Positions 22,043 to 30,434 of a stretch of DNA of 35,354 bases are shown here, piece by piece (the first letter of the stretch is position 1; each line of letters begins with the position of its first letter). Where the stretch lies: the NCBI GenBank assembly GCA_045863395.1, contig BTVJ01000076.1:1-35354 (forward strand), read 5' to 3'. Origin of the DNA: Myxococcales bacterium (GTDB lineage Bacteria > Myxococcota_A > UBA9042 > JABWCM01 > BTVJ01). The position numbers and the translations under genes were made by a program. Under the pieces are notes generated by a model, which saw nothing but the letters and a program-made list of their open reading frames with translations, searched no databases and had not been told where the DNA came from.

Positions 22043-22945
22043 TCAGTGGCCGGCGGCCCAGGGCGCCGTGTAGTTGGAGGGGATCAGGCCCGCCAGATCC
22101 TGCTCGGGCATGTCGCTCACCACCGCGGCCACCGCCGCCTCCGTTCGCAAGACGGCCACGTTGAGGCGGCCGGCGCGCCGCAACGCCACCAGCGACGGGT
22201 TGAGCCGCTCGTCAGGGATGCTCTGGCGCTGGATGAGGCGCTGCACCACGGTCATGCGCCGCCCCAGGTGATCGTAGGTGTACATGGCCGTCGGGCGCAG
22301 GCCCGTGCGCAGCACGCGCACGCCGACGAGGCGGGTCTCGCGCGTCTCGGGGAGCGGGGGTGCCATGCGGACCAGGGTGCGGGTCGTCAGGTAGCGGCCG
22401 ACCGTCGTCGCGTCGCCGACGACATCCATGGGCAGGTTGTCCTCGTGGGTCTCGACGGCCTCGGCGACCACGTTGCGCTCGATGCCCCGCGCCGCGTCGT
22501 CCTGCTCAGACGGATCGTCGGGCTCGCTGCTGAGGGGGCCTGTGGGCTCCTCGGCGTGAGGGGCGCCGATGCCGAGGAGGCCGGCGGTCCGGATGGACGA
22601 GCTGTCCATCCCCAGGGAGAAGGGCCAGAACACCACCGCGGCAACGCTGGCGGCCAGAGCCACGGGGACCCACCGCACGGAGGGCTCCCGCGCGTGGAGA
22701 CCGCTGATCTCGGTTGTCGCCGGCGGGTTCGCGATGCAGGTCAGGACCCGGTCGCGCAGCGAGGACGGGGCGCGCTGCCCGGAGAGCTGGTTGCGCAGAC
22801 GCACCCGGAAGCGCTCCTCGAAGGCGCACAGGTCGCGGCACGGCTTGCACTCGCGCAGGTGGGCCTCGAGCTCCAGGCTGTCCTTGCGGTCGAACTCTTC
22901 GTCCAGGTAGACGTAGATGTACTTCTCGACGTCGCTGCAGTTCAT
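22043..22945 (-). CDS. Zinc-binding (zf-HC2/ZAS) membrane-anchored anti-sigma factor
   Basis: MNC...YLDEE...EAHLRECKPC (HxxxCxxC), one transmembrane segment (WVPVALAASVAAVVFWPF), directly downstream of the ECF sigma. Alternative GTG start at 22954. Confidence 0.9.
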   Translation of the reverse strand: MNCSDVEKYIYVYLDEEFDRKDSLELEAHLRECKPCRDLCAFEERFRVRLRNQLSGQRAPSSLRDRVLTCIANPPATTEISGLHAREPSVRWVPVALAASVAAVVFWPFSLGMDSSSIRTAGLLGIGAPHAEEPTGPLSSEPDDPSEQDDAARGIERNVVAEAVETHEDNLPMDVVGDATTVGRYLTTRTLVRMAPPLPETRETRLVGVRVLRTGLRPTAMYTYDHLGRRMTVVQRLIQRQSIPDERLNPSLVALRRAGRLNVAVLRTEAAVAAVVSDMPEQDLAGLIPSNYTAPWAAGH

Positions 22946-22946
22946 C

Positions 22947-23648
22947 TCACGCACCCTTGCCGCCGGCGGCCTTGCGGGCGCGCCAGGCGTCCAATGACGT
23001 CGGTGACTGGGAGTCGTCCTGCGAGCTTGCGCTCTGCGGGCTGGCCGTCTGCGGACTGACGACCCCGGTCTGGATGGCGTAGTCCAGGAGCTTCTTCTGA
23101 AGGAGCCGGCGCCCGCGGTAGATGCGGCTCATCACGGTGCCCACGGGGCAGTCCATGACCTCCGCGATCTCCTTGTAGCTGAAGTCCTGCAGGTCGGCGA
23201 GGATCACGGCCATGCGGAAGTCCGGCGGCACCGACTCCAGCGCCTCCCGCACCGTGTCGCTCATCATGCGGCTGACGAAGCTCGCCTCCGGGTCCAGCAT
23301 GTGGGCCGAGGCGTCGCGCGTCGTCACCGCGTCCGCCTGGTCGCCGACCTCCACCTCGTCGATGAACGACATCTCCCGGACGGAGCGCCGGTTCTTGTTC
23401 AAGAAGGTGTTGGTCAGGATCCGGAACAGCCACGCCTTGCAGTTGGTGCCGACCTCGTACTTGTCGAAGTGCCGGAAGGCCTTGAGGAAGGTCTCCTGGA
23501 CCAGGTCCTCGGCGTCCCGCTCGTTGCGGGTCATGTAGTAGGCGGCGCTGTACAGGGCATCCAGGTGGGGGAGGGCCTCGCGGTCGAAGTCGGACTGGGC
23601 GTCCTGCTTGCGTCCGCGGCTCCCGAAGCTCATCCGTCCAAAGAACAT
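22947..23648 (-). CDS. ECF sigma-70 factor, SigH/SigR-like
   Basis: [64 protein letters not shown]. The ORF-track extension to 24812 is the oxygenase shadow. Confidence 0.95.
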   Translation of the reverse strand: MFFGRMSFGSRGRKQDAQSDFDREALPHLDALYSAAYYMTRNERDAEDLVQETFLKAFRHFDKYEVGTNCKAWLFRILTNTFLNKNRRSVREMSFIDEVEVGDQADAVTTRDASAHMLDPEASFVSRMMSDTVREALESVPPDFRMAVILADLQDFSYKEIAEVMDCPVGTVMSRIYRGRRLLQKKLLDYAIQTGVVSPQTASPQSASSQDDSQSPTSLDAWRARKAAGGKGA

Positions 23649-23721
23649 GGGGTCTTGCGGCTCCTCTCTTGGGCGTTCAGTCGTGGGGGGCCACCCTGGG
23701 TCCCGTTTCACGCGACACGAG

Positions 23722-23747
23722 AACACCACCTCTCTGGGGCTTATTCC
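23722..23747 (-). promoter_or_regulatory. Putative autoregulatory ECF promoter, GGAAT-N18-GTT
   Basis: The minus strand reads GGAAT aagccccagagaggtggt GTT, an exact match to the SigR/SigH consensus, about 75 bp upstream of the sigma gene start. Confidence 0.7.
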
Positions 23748-23882
23748 GAGCCGTGGGCGGCGCGGGCGTCGGTTACGACCCCCCTGCTCAGGCCGTCCTT
23801 CCAACCGGGGCGGCCATCCGGTAGGGATCCGTCGACCCAGGAGGGTGCACCACGGGCGACCGACGTTCAAGGAGGAACGTGC

Positions 23883-24791
23883 ATGAGCATCGCGGAGGTC
23901 CCGGTCATCGACATGGCCTCGTCCCGGGGGGCGTCGCGCCCGGGCTTCGTGCGGGCGCTCGGCGAGGCGCTGGAGACCTGGGGCTTCGCCGTGGTCATCA
24001 ACCACGAGGTGCCGGAGGATCTGGTGGATCGCGCCTACGTGGCCGCGCGCCGGACCTTCGCGCTGCCGCTGGCGGAGAAGCTCGCCTGTGAGCTGCCTCG
24101 CATCGGGCGCCAGCGGGGCTACACGTCCTTCGGTGTCGAGCGCGCCCGAGACCAGCCGACGGCTGATCTCAAGGAGTTCTGGCACGTGGGCCGCGACCTG
24201 CCGGAGGACCACCCGTACTGCACGCAGGGGCTCGTACCGCCCAATGTGTTCCCGCCCCGCGTAGCGGAGTTTGGGGAGACGAGCCGCGCGCTGTTCTCCG
24301 CGCTGGAGGGCCTCGCGCTCGAGCTCCTCGACGCGGTGGGTGAGCACCTGGGGCTGCCCGACGGCACCTTCCGCGACATGGTGCGCGACGGCAACAGCGT
24401 GCTGCGCATCATCCACTACCCGGACGCCGTCGCGGAGGGGGCCGTGCGTGCCGCGGCCCACGAGGACATCAACCTGATGACGGTGCTGCCGGCGGCGACC
24501 AGGCCCGGGCTCGAGCTGCTCACCCGGGATGGGCACTGGGTCCCCGTGCAGAACCCGCCCGGCGCGATGATCTGTGACACCGGCGACATGATGAAGCTGT
24601 TCACGGGGGGGCGCATGGCCGCGACCACCCACCGGGTGGTGAACCCGGGCGGGGCCGACGGCGGGCGCCTGTCCATGCCCTTCTTCCTGCATCCGCGGCC
24701 CGACGCGGTGCTGGCCATGCGCGGCGAGGAGCCGGTGCGAGCTCACGACTTCCTCCTGGAGCGGCTGAAGGAGAACGGGGTGCTGGGCTGA
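23883..24791 (+). CDS. Isopenicillin N synthase-like 2OG-Fe(II) oxygenase
   Basis: [36 protein letters not shown] (HxD), [14 protein letters not shown]. Confidence 0.93.
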   Translation: MSIAEVPVIDMASSRGASRPGFVRALGEALETWGFAVVINHEVPEDLVDRAYVAARRTFALPLAEKLACELPRIGRQRGYTSFGVERARDQPTADLKEFWHVGRDLPEDHPYCTQGLVPPNVFPPRVAEFGETSRALFSALEGLALELLDAVGEHLGLPDGTFRDMVRDGNSVLRIIHYPDAVAEGAVRAAAHEDINLMTVLPAATRPGLELLTRDGHWVPVQNPPGAMICDTGDMMKLFTGGRMAATTHRVVNPGGADGGRLSMPFFLHPRPDAVLAMRGEEPVRAHDFLLERLKENGVLG

Positions 24792-24825
24792 CCCGACGCC
24801 GAGGCGGCCCACGGCCGTGCGGCGG

Positions 24826-25635
24826 TCAGTCGTCGTACCAAGGCGAGCGCATGACCTGGGACTCGCAGCAGAACTCGCCCTTGCTCAGGTTGCAGTCGTT
24901 GTTGGTGGTGCACGGCTGGTCGCAGCTCTCGTCGCAGAAGCCGGTCGGGCAGCAGATCGGGGTCTTCTGCGGGCACTGCTGACTCGACGTGCAGGCGACG
25001 GGGCAGGGGGTCTCCTCCAGGTTCGTGCAGACGCCCCCCGCGGCAAGGGCGCTCGAGCCCCATGTGGCGATCTCGTGGTCGCGGCGGGTGAAGCAGCACA
25101 CCTCCCCGTTGCCCGACGCGCAGTCCTGCGCCTTCTCACACACCTTGGGGCAGTGGTTCGGCTTGGTGCAGATGGGGTCCGTCCCTGCGGTACAGCAGAT
25201 CGTCCCCTCCCCGCAGTCGGCGTTGGAGGTGCAGGAGACGACGCAGTCGTCCGCCTCATCGCACACCTTCTCTGGCGCCAGGGGGTTCGTGCGGCAGCAG
25301 ATCTCCCCTTGGGCCGTGTCGCACTGGCTGTCGCCGGTGCAGAACCTGGGGCAGTTCTTCGCCTTGATGCATGCGCTCCCGAAGGAGCCGTAATTGCAGC
25401 AGATCTGACCCTCGGAGAGCGGGCAGTCCGTGTCCGTCGAGCAACCCTTGGGGCACTCGGTGCGGCAGATCGGGCTGCCGGTTCCAGCCCCCCCGCCCTG
25501 TGAGTAACCCCCGACGCCGCCGCCGCCCTTGGACTCACATGCCAGCAGCAGGGTGGCTGCCAGCAGGAGCGCGCTGGCGCCCCACACCACCGCCCGTACA
25601 GCCGTCCATGCCTCGAACCTTGCTGCCGCGCGCAT
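24826..25635 (-). CDS. Cys-rich repeat lipoprotein
   Basis: Lipobox LLAC, Gly linker, then six Cx5C-x5-7-CC units ([93 protein letters not shown]). Confidence 0.85.
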   Translation of the reverse strand: MRAAARFEAWTAVRAVVWGASALLLAATLLLACESKGGGGVGGYSQGGGAGTGSPICRTECPKGCSTDTDCPLSEGQICCNYGSFGSACIKAKNCPRFCTGDSQCDTAQGEICCRTNPLAPEKVCDEADDCVVSCTSNADCGEGTICCTAGTDPICTKPNHCPKVCEKAQDCASGNGEVCCFTRRDHEIATWGSSALAAGGVCTNLEETPCPVACTSSQQCPQKTPICCPTGFCDESCDQPCTTNNDCNLSKGEFCCESQVMRSPWYDD

Positions 25636-25874
25636 CGCTGCTCCTCTCGCGTCTCGTGATCGTGTCGGCCGCTGTGTGCTGGCGCCCGCGATGGCCAGCA
25701 CCTCGTGCCTGCACGAGTCTATGTATGCCCCGAGGTCGTCGTTGTCACCAGAAAACACGGGGCATGGTGTCAACGCGCTGGACGCCTCCGGGCGTGAGTG
25801 CATCATGGTGGGGGATGGACCCATAGACAGGGGAGGCGACGCGGGTCGTGACCGCGGGGGGCGGGAGGTGGACC

Positions 25875-27128
25875 ATGAGCCCGAAGTGGGTGGTCGGAGT
25901 GCTGGCGGCGTGCGTCGGGGTGGCCGGGTGCTCTGGGACGAGTGGCGGCGCGGTTGGCGGTGCCGGTTCGAGCGCTGGCGGCGGGGGAGGCAACGAGAGC
26001 GGCAACGGGGGAGCCGCCGCCGAGCTGTTCTGCCTCCCGGCGGAGGCGGGGCGTCCGTGCAGTCCCGGCGCGCTGATGGGGGTCGTCGGAGGCCCGTGCG
26101 TCTCAGACGCGGACTGCGCCTTCGATCCCCCCGGTGGCCCCCCGACCCAGGGCACGTGCATCAAGGAGGGGGCCAAACAGGTCTACGCCGGCGGCTACTG
26201 CTCGTTCTCCTGCAAGTCGTCCTCTGACTGCCCCGTGGACTCCCTGTGCCTGCTGTTCGAGGAGGGCAAGGGGATGTGCCACCGCGCGTGCGCCGACGCG
26301 TGCGACTGCTCCCGGACTGGCTACACCTGCGCCGGCTGCTCCCACGTGTGCATCGACACCCAGTCCGCCCAAGCCTTGTGCTACAACCCGCCGACCGAGG
26401 GGGAGTTCACCTGCTCCAGCACCTGCCTCGCGAACCACTGCGGGGGCTGTTCGTCGCCGTCCTGCCTCGATGCGTGCGCCGACCGCTGCTGCTGGCTCCC
26501 CGGGAAGGAGCCCGCACCAGATCCGAAGGCGGCGTGTGGCGACTCCGGCGGGCAGGGCGGTGGGGCCGACGCTGGGGGCGGCGCCGGCGGGAGCTCGGGG
26601 GATGCGGGTGGGTCGCCAGACGAAGACGCGACGGGTGGGGGCTACTCGTCGGCGGTCCACCCCGGTCGGCGACCGTCTCATGAGGACGCACGACAGGTGG
26701 GGCCGGCGGCTGGGCCCTGGGAGCTGGGGCTCACGTTCCGTTGGCGCGAGCGGGCGGGGCGGGCCGACGCCTTCGATCTGGCCGTCGATGACGCCTCTCG
26801 GCGCCCCCTGCTCCAGGTCTTCTCGCGGGGAGGGAGGCCCTTCGCGCGGGTGGGGCTGCGGATCACGCCGCTTCAGCCCGGCGTGAGCTACCGGGCCACC
26901 GTCTCGGTGGACGGGGGGCGGATCGGGGTCCTCGTGACTCGGGACGACGGCGGCCCTCCTGTGCTCGCCGACCAGCGCACCGCCAACGTGCCGGGCCCGC
27001 TGACCGTGCGGGCCGTGCGCGACGGCAGGGCGGTCGTGGGGCCGCCCGAGGTGAGGAGCGGAGCCCAGGCCCCAGCGCGGGTGTCACTGGACCCTGTCGA
27101 TGCTCCTGCCGCCCCCGCCCGCTCGTGA
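25875..27128 (+). CDS. Cys-rich lipoprotein with Gly/Ser linkers and a beta-rich C-terminal domain
   Basis: SD GGGAGG; lipobox VAGC; Cys-rich core (GGYCSFSCKSSSDCP...); Gly linker; Cys-free C-terminal domain. Confidence 0.8.
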   Translation: MSPKWVVGVLAACVGVAGCSGTSGGAVGGAGSSAGGGGGNESGNGGAAAELFCLPAEAGRPCSPGALMGVVGGPCVSDADCAFDPPGGPPTQGTCIKEGAKQVYAGGYCSFSCKSSSDCPVDSLCLLFEEGKGMCHRACADACDCSRTGYTCAGCSHVCIDTQSAQALCYNPPTEGEFTCSSTCLANHCGGCSSPSCLDACADRCCWLPGKEPAPDPKAACGDSGGQGGGADAGGGAGGSSGDAGGSPDEDATGGGYSSAVHPGRRPSHEDARQVGPAAGPWELGLTFRWRERAGRADAFDLAVDDASRRPLLQVFSRGGRPFARVGLRITPLQPGVSYRATVSVDGGRIGVLVTRDDGGPPVLADQRTANVPGPLTVRAVRDGRAVVGPPEVRSGAQAPARVSLDPVDAPAAPARS

Positions 27129-28860
27129 GCCGATCAGCCGCTGGGTGGTGGGGGCCGTCGTAGCGGCGGCCGTCCTCCCCCGCGCGGTCTACCTTGCCCA
27201 GCTCCATGCGGAGTGCCCGACCTTCGATGCGCCCGAGGGAGGGGACTCCATCTTCTATAATCGGGTGGCGCAGCACGGGGGCGCGTCAGACCGGGCGTTC
27301 TTCCACTCGCCGCTCTACCAGGGGTGGCTGACGCTCCTCTATCAGGTGCTTGGGCGTGACCTCCTGGTCGTGCGGGGGCTCCAGCTCGGCCTCGGCGCTG
27401 CGACGGCCGCGCTGGTCGCCGCGCTCGGGTGGCGACTCACGGGTCGGCGCAGCGTGGCGCTGCTTGCCGGGCTCGTGCAGGCACTGCTCGGGCCCGCGGT
27501 CTTCTACGAGGGGCACCTCCTGGTCGACGCCCTCATGCCCCTGGCCCTCGTCGGAGCGGCGCACGGTGCCCTCTCCCTCGCGGAGCGGCCGCGCCCCGCC
27601 ACGGGCCTGGTGGCGGGGCTCCTGATTGGTGTGGCCGCCACCGGCCGGGCCACCGCGCTGCTTTGGCTGCCCGTCCTGCTGGTGTGGAGCCTGCGGCGCT
27701 CGCGCTCCTGGGCGCTGGCTGGGGCTCTGCTGGCGGGAGCCGCCTTGCCCATCCTCCCCGTCACCATGCTGAACCTGGTCGCGGAGGACGACCCGGTCCT
27801 GCTGACCTCCAACGCTGGCCTCAACCTGTTCATCGGCAACGGGCCCGACGCGAGCGGTGCCTACGTGCCGCCGCGGGAGCTCCGCTTCGTGCCGGGGGAC
27901 CCACACGGCGACTTCGCCGGGCGCGAGGCGGCGGAGCAGGACGTCGGGGGCCCGCTGTCCTCGGCGGCCGTGTCTCGCTGGTGGGCGCGCCGCGCGCTGG
28001 ACGCGGTGGTCGCCGATCCCCTGCGCGCGCTGGAGCTGGTGGTAGCCAAGGCGCGCCTGCTCGTCTCGGCGCGTGAGCAGCCCCAGCTCTATCACATCGA
28101 GGGGTACGAGCAGGTCGCGCCCGTGCTCGGGCTCCTGCCGGGCGCGGGGCCGGTGGTGGCCCTGGGGCTCGTGGGGCTCCTGCTGCTCTTTGCAGGCCCC
28201 CACGGCGAGCGGATGCGTCTCTATGGCTGGTGTGTCGTCGCCACCGCCGCCGCCTTCCTGCCCTTCTTCGTCGTGGGGAGGTTCCGGGCCCCATGGGTCT
28301 CCTTGCTGGCCCCGCTCGCTGCCTGGGTCCTCGTGACCCTCGCGCGGGCCCTGGCGACGGGGGCGTGGCGCCGGGCGGCTGCGCTCGTCGGCGGGGTAGT
28401 GGCCAGCGCCGCGGTCGTCTGGGCCCCAGGGCCTCCCGTCCCGCCCGCCGCCCAGCTTGCTGCCTTTGCCGATGGGGAGCTCGCGCGTGATCGCCCGTCC
28501 GAGGCGCTTCGGTGGGGGACCCTCGCCGTCGACGAGGTGGTCACCTGGCCGCGTGGCTGGCTGATCACTGCGGTTGCGCTCCGGCGCCTCGGGCGGCTCG
28601 ACGAGGCTCGCGGCGCCCTGCGGCGCGGGGTCTCCGTGTGCCCGGAGTCCGGCGCGCTCCACCGCGCCCTCGGCGAGGCCGAGCTGGAGCGTGGGCGGCC
28701 GGCGGAGGCCGCCCGAGCCCTGGAGCGGGCCGTGGAGCTGGAGCCTGGCGTCCCGGCAGCCTGGGAGGCGCTTGCGGTGGCGCTGCGCGGCGAGGGCCGG
28801 TGGGGCGAGGCTCGGGAGGCGAGGCGGTCAGCGGCCCTGCTGCGCTCGTCGGCCCCGTGA
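27100..28860 (+). CDS. GT-C fold (family 39/ArnT-like) membrane glycosyltransferase with C-terminal TPRs
   Basis: Many transmembrane segments, acidic first loop (EGGDSIFY...FFHSPLY), NAGLNLFIGNGP, FFVVGRFRAP, and C-terminal TPR-like GRPAEAARALERAVELEPG. Confidence 0.85.
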   Translation: MLLPPPPAREPISRWVVGAVVAAAVLPRAVYLAQLHAECPTFDAPEGGDSIFYNRVAQHGGASDRAFFHSPLYQGWLTLLYQVLGRDLLVVRGLQLGLGAATAALVAALGWRLTGRRSVALLAGLVQALLGPAVFYEGHLLVDALMPLALVGAAHGALSLAERPRPATGLVAGLLIGVAATGRATALLWLPVLLVWSLRRSRSWALAGALLAGAALPILPVTMLNLVAEDDPVLLTSNAGLNLFIGNGPDASGAYVPPRELRFVPGDPHGDFAGREAAEQDVGGPLSSAAVSRWWARRALDAVVADPLRALELVVAKARLLVSAREQPQLYHIEGYEQVAPVLGLLPGAGPVVALGLVGLLLLFAGPHGERMRLYGWCVVATAAAFLPFFVVGRFRAPWVSLLAPLAAWVLVTLARALATGAWRRAAALVGGVVASAAVVWAPGPPVPPAAQLAAFADGELARDRPSEALRWGTLAVDEVVTWPRGWLITAVALRRLGRLDEARGALRRGVSVCPESGALHRALGEAELERGRPAEAARALERAVELEPGVPAAWEALAVALRGEGRWGEAREARRSAALLRSSAP

Positions 28861-28928
28861 GAGCTGAGGGCGCAGAGCCGCGTCAACTCCTCGGGAAGAA
28901 ATGCAGTCGAGGGGAGTGCGTCGCCTGG

Positions 28929-29342
28929 TCAGTGCTTCCCCGGCGCAAGCGGGACCCCCCGGCGCTCCCACGTCACATAGGCCTCGATGGCGATCATCCG
29001 CGGGTCGTCCAGCGCCATGGGCTTGCCCTCCAGGGGCTGCTGGAGGCACCAGTTGATCATCTCGCGCAGGGTGGCGACGCGGCCGAGCTGCTGCTGGAAC
29101 TTCGGGTAGGTCTCGGGGTGCGTGTTGGCGGCGTTCGGGTGACACTGGGCGCAGGCGACGCCGTTGGTGCCGAGCTTGTCGCTGGTCCACAGGTCGCGGC
29201 CCTTCTGGACCACCGCCATGTACTCCTTCTCCCAGCGCTCCGCGTCCTTCTTCGTGAACTCGTCGGCCCGGACCCCGCCGTCCGCTACGATGGCGACGGC
29301 GACGAGGCACCCGATCCCGAGGAACGATAGCTTCATCCACAT
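28929..29342 (-). CDS. Small exported monoheme cytochrome c, TsdA/SoxA-like domain
   Basis: Signal peptide, CAQCH, then YPKF...RVATLREMINWC...LEGKPMALDDPRMIAIEAYVTW. Confidence 0.85.
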   Translation of the reverse strand: MWMKLSFLGIGCLVAVAIVADGGVRADEFTKKDAERWEKEYMAVVQKGRDLWTSDKLGTNGVACAQCHPNAANTHPETYPKFQQQLGRVATLREMINWCLQQPLEGKPMALDDPRMIAIEAYVTWERRGVPLAPGKH

Positions 29343-29357
29343 CTGGACATCTCCGCT

Positions 29358-30434
29358 CTAGTAGTGGGTTTGCGGGGGAATCCGGGACTCGGCGTCCTGG
29401 TGCTTCGTGTCCACCGGCTTGCCGGCCGGGGGGTCGAAGGCGACCCGGCGGTTCGCGTTCTCGTGGAGCTTGTAGTCCAGGGCGACGCGCCCCGTGGCCA
29501 CGTCGATGAGCTGCCACCCGGTGGCGTCTCGCTCGAAGAACGGGTTGGCGCGGTTCATGGGCACCGTGAGCTTCGGCAGGTGTGACTCCGCCTGGGCGTA
29601 GCTCTGCGGGTAGGGCCACGGCCACGCCGTCGCCATGACCGCGTTGAACGAGATGTTGCCGATCTGGTTGTACTGGATCTGGTGCACGTGCCCGTAGATC
29701 ACGTTGACCTTGTCGAACGGCTGGAGCAGGGCCTGGACCTCGTCCGCGTCCTCCGTCCAGAAGTTCCAGCCCTTGTAGATCTTCTGGAGCGGGGAGTGGG
29801 AGAACACGACCACCGGGGTGCTCTTGTCCACCTTCGCGAGGTCCTTGCGCAGCCACTCCCGCTGCTTCTCGCCGACCATGAAGGGCGAGCCGTTGGGGTT
29901 GTCGAGGCCGGCCATCTCCAGCATGCGCTGCTGCGCCGTGGGCCACCGCTTGTGGGTCCACTCGTCGGTGGTCAGGATGCTGTTCAGGGTGACGAAGTGC
30001 ACGCCCTTGTGGTCCCAGCTATACCAGTGGGGACCGAACAGCTTGGACCAGTACTCGCCGAGGTCCAGGTAGTAGTCGTGCTCACCCATGACGTGGTGGG
30101 TCTTCACGTTGAGCTTGGAGAGCAGCTCGGCGCCGTGATCGAGCTCCTCTTTCGTGCCGAGCTGTGCCAGGTCCCCGCCAAACACCACGAAGTCGGGCTT
30201 CGGGACCAGCAGGTTCGCCTCGGCGACCGCGCGGATCAGGCCCCGGTCCCAGTTTCGCACGAACCTCGTGCCCTCGATGTGCTGGATGTGCGAGTCGGAG
30301 ATGTAGGCGAAGGTGAAGCTCTGCTTGTCGTCGGCGAAGGCGAGCTCCACGAGGGTCAGCGGTAGGGCGCTGGCTGCGGCGACGGCCCCGGCCCCCTTCA
30401 GGAACGTGCGTCTGCTCGGTGTGAAGCGGGTCAT
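29358..30434 (-). CDS. Tat-exported calcineurin-like metallophosphoesterase
   Basis: SRRTFLK twin-arginine signal; ISDSH, GGDL, MGEHD, FSHSP, GHVH. The start overlaps the upstream stop (ATGA, 30431-30434). Confidence 0.92.
   Translation of the reverse strand: MTRFTPSRRTFLKGAGAVAAASALPLTLVELAFADDKQSFTFAYISDSHIQHIEGTRFVRNWDRGLIRAVAEANLLVPKPDFVVFGGDLAQLGTKEELDHGAELLSKLNVKTHHVMGEHDYYLDLGEYWSKLFGPHWYSWDHKGVHFVTLNSILTTDEWTHKRWPTAQQRMLEMAGLDNPNGSPFMVGEKQREWLRKDLAKVDKSTPVVVFSHSPLQKIYKGWNFWTEDADEVQALLQPFDKVNVIYGHVHQIQYNQIGNISFNAVMATAWPWPYPQSYAQAESHLPKLTVPMNRANPFFERDATGWQLIDVATGRVALDYKLHENANRRVAFDPPAGKPVDTKHQDAESRIPPQTHY

Noticed and set aside
19275..22073. 932-aa plus-strand ORF
   Set aside because: It combines the antisense of the transglutaminase gene with an off-frame reading of the nucleotidase.
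23649..24812. Apparent long N-terminal extension of the sigma factor, and the reciprocal extension of the oxygenase from 23301
   Set aside because: Each is the antisense shadow of the other gene; the oxygenase has a strong SD at 23883 and the sigma has a promoter motif at 23722-23747.
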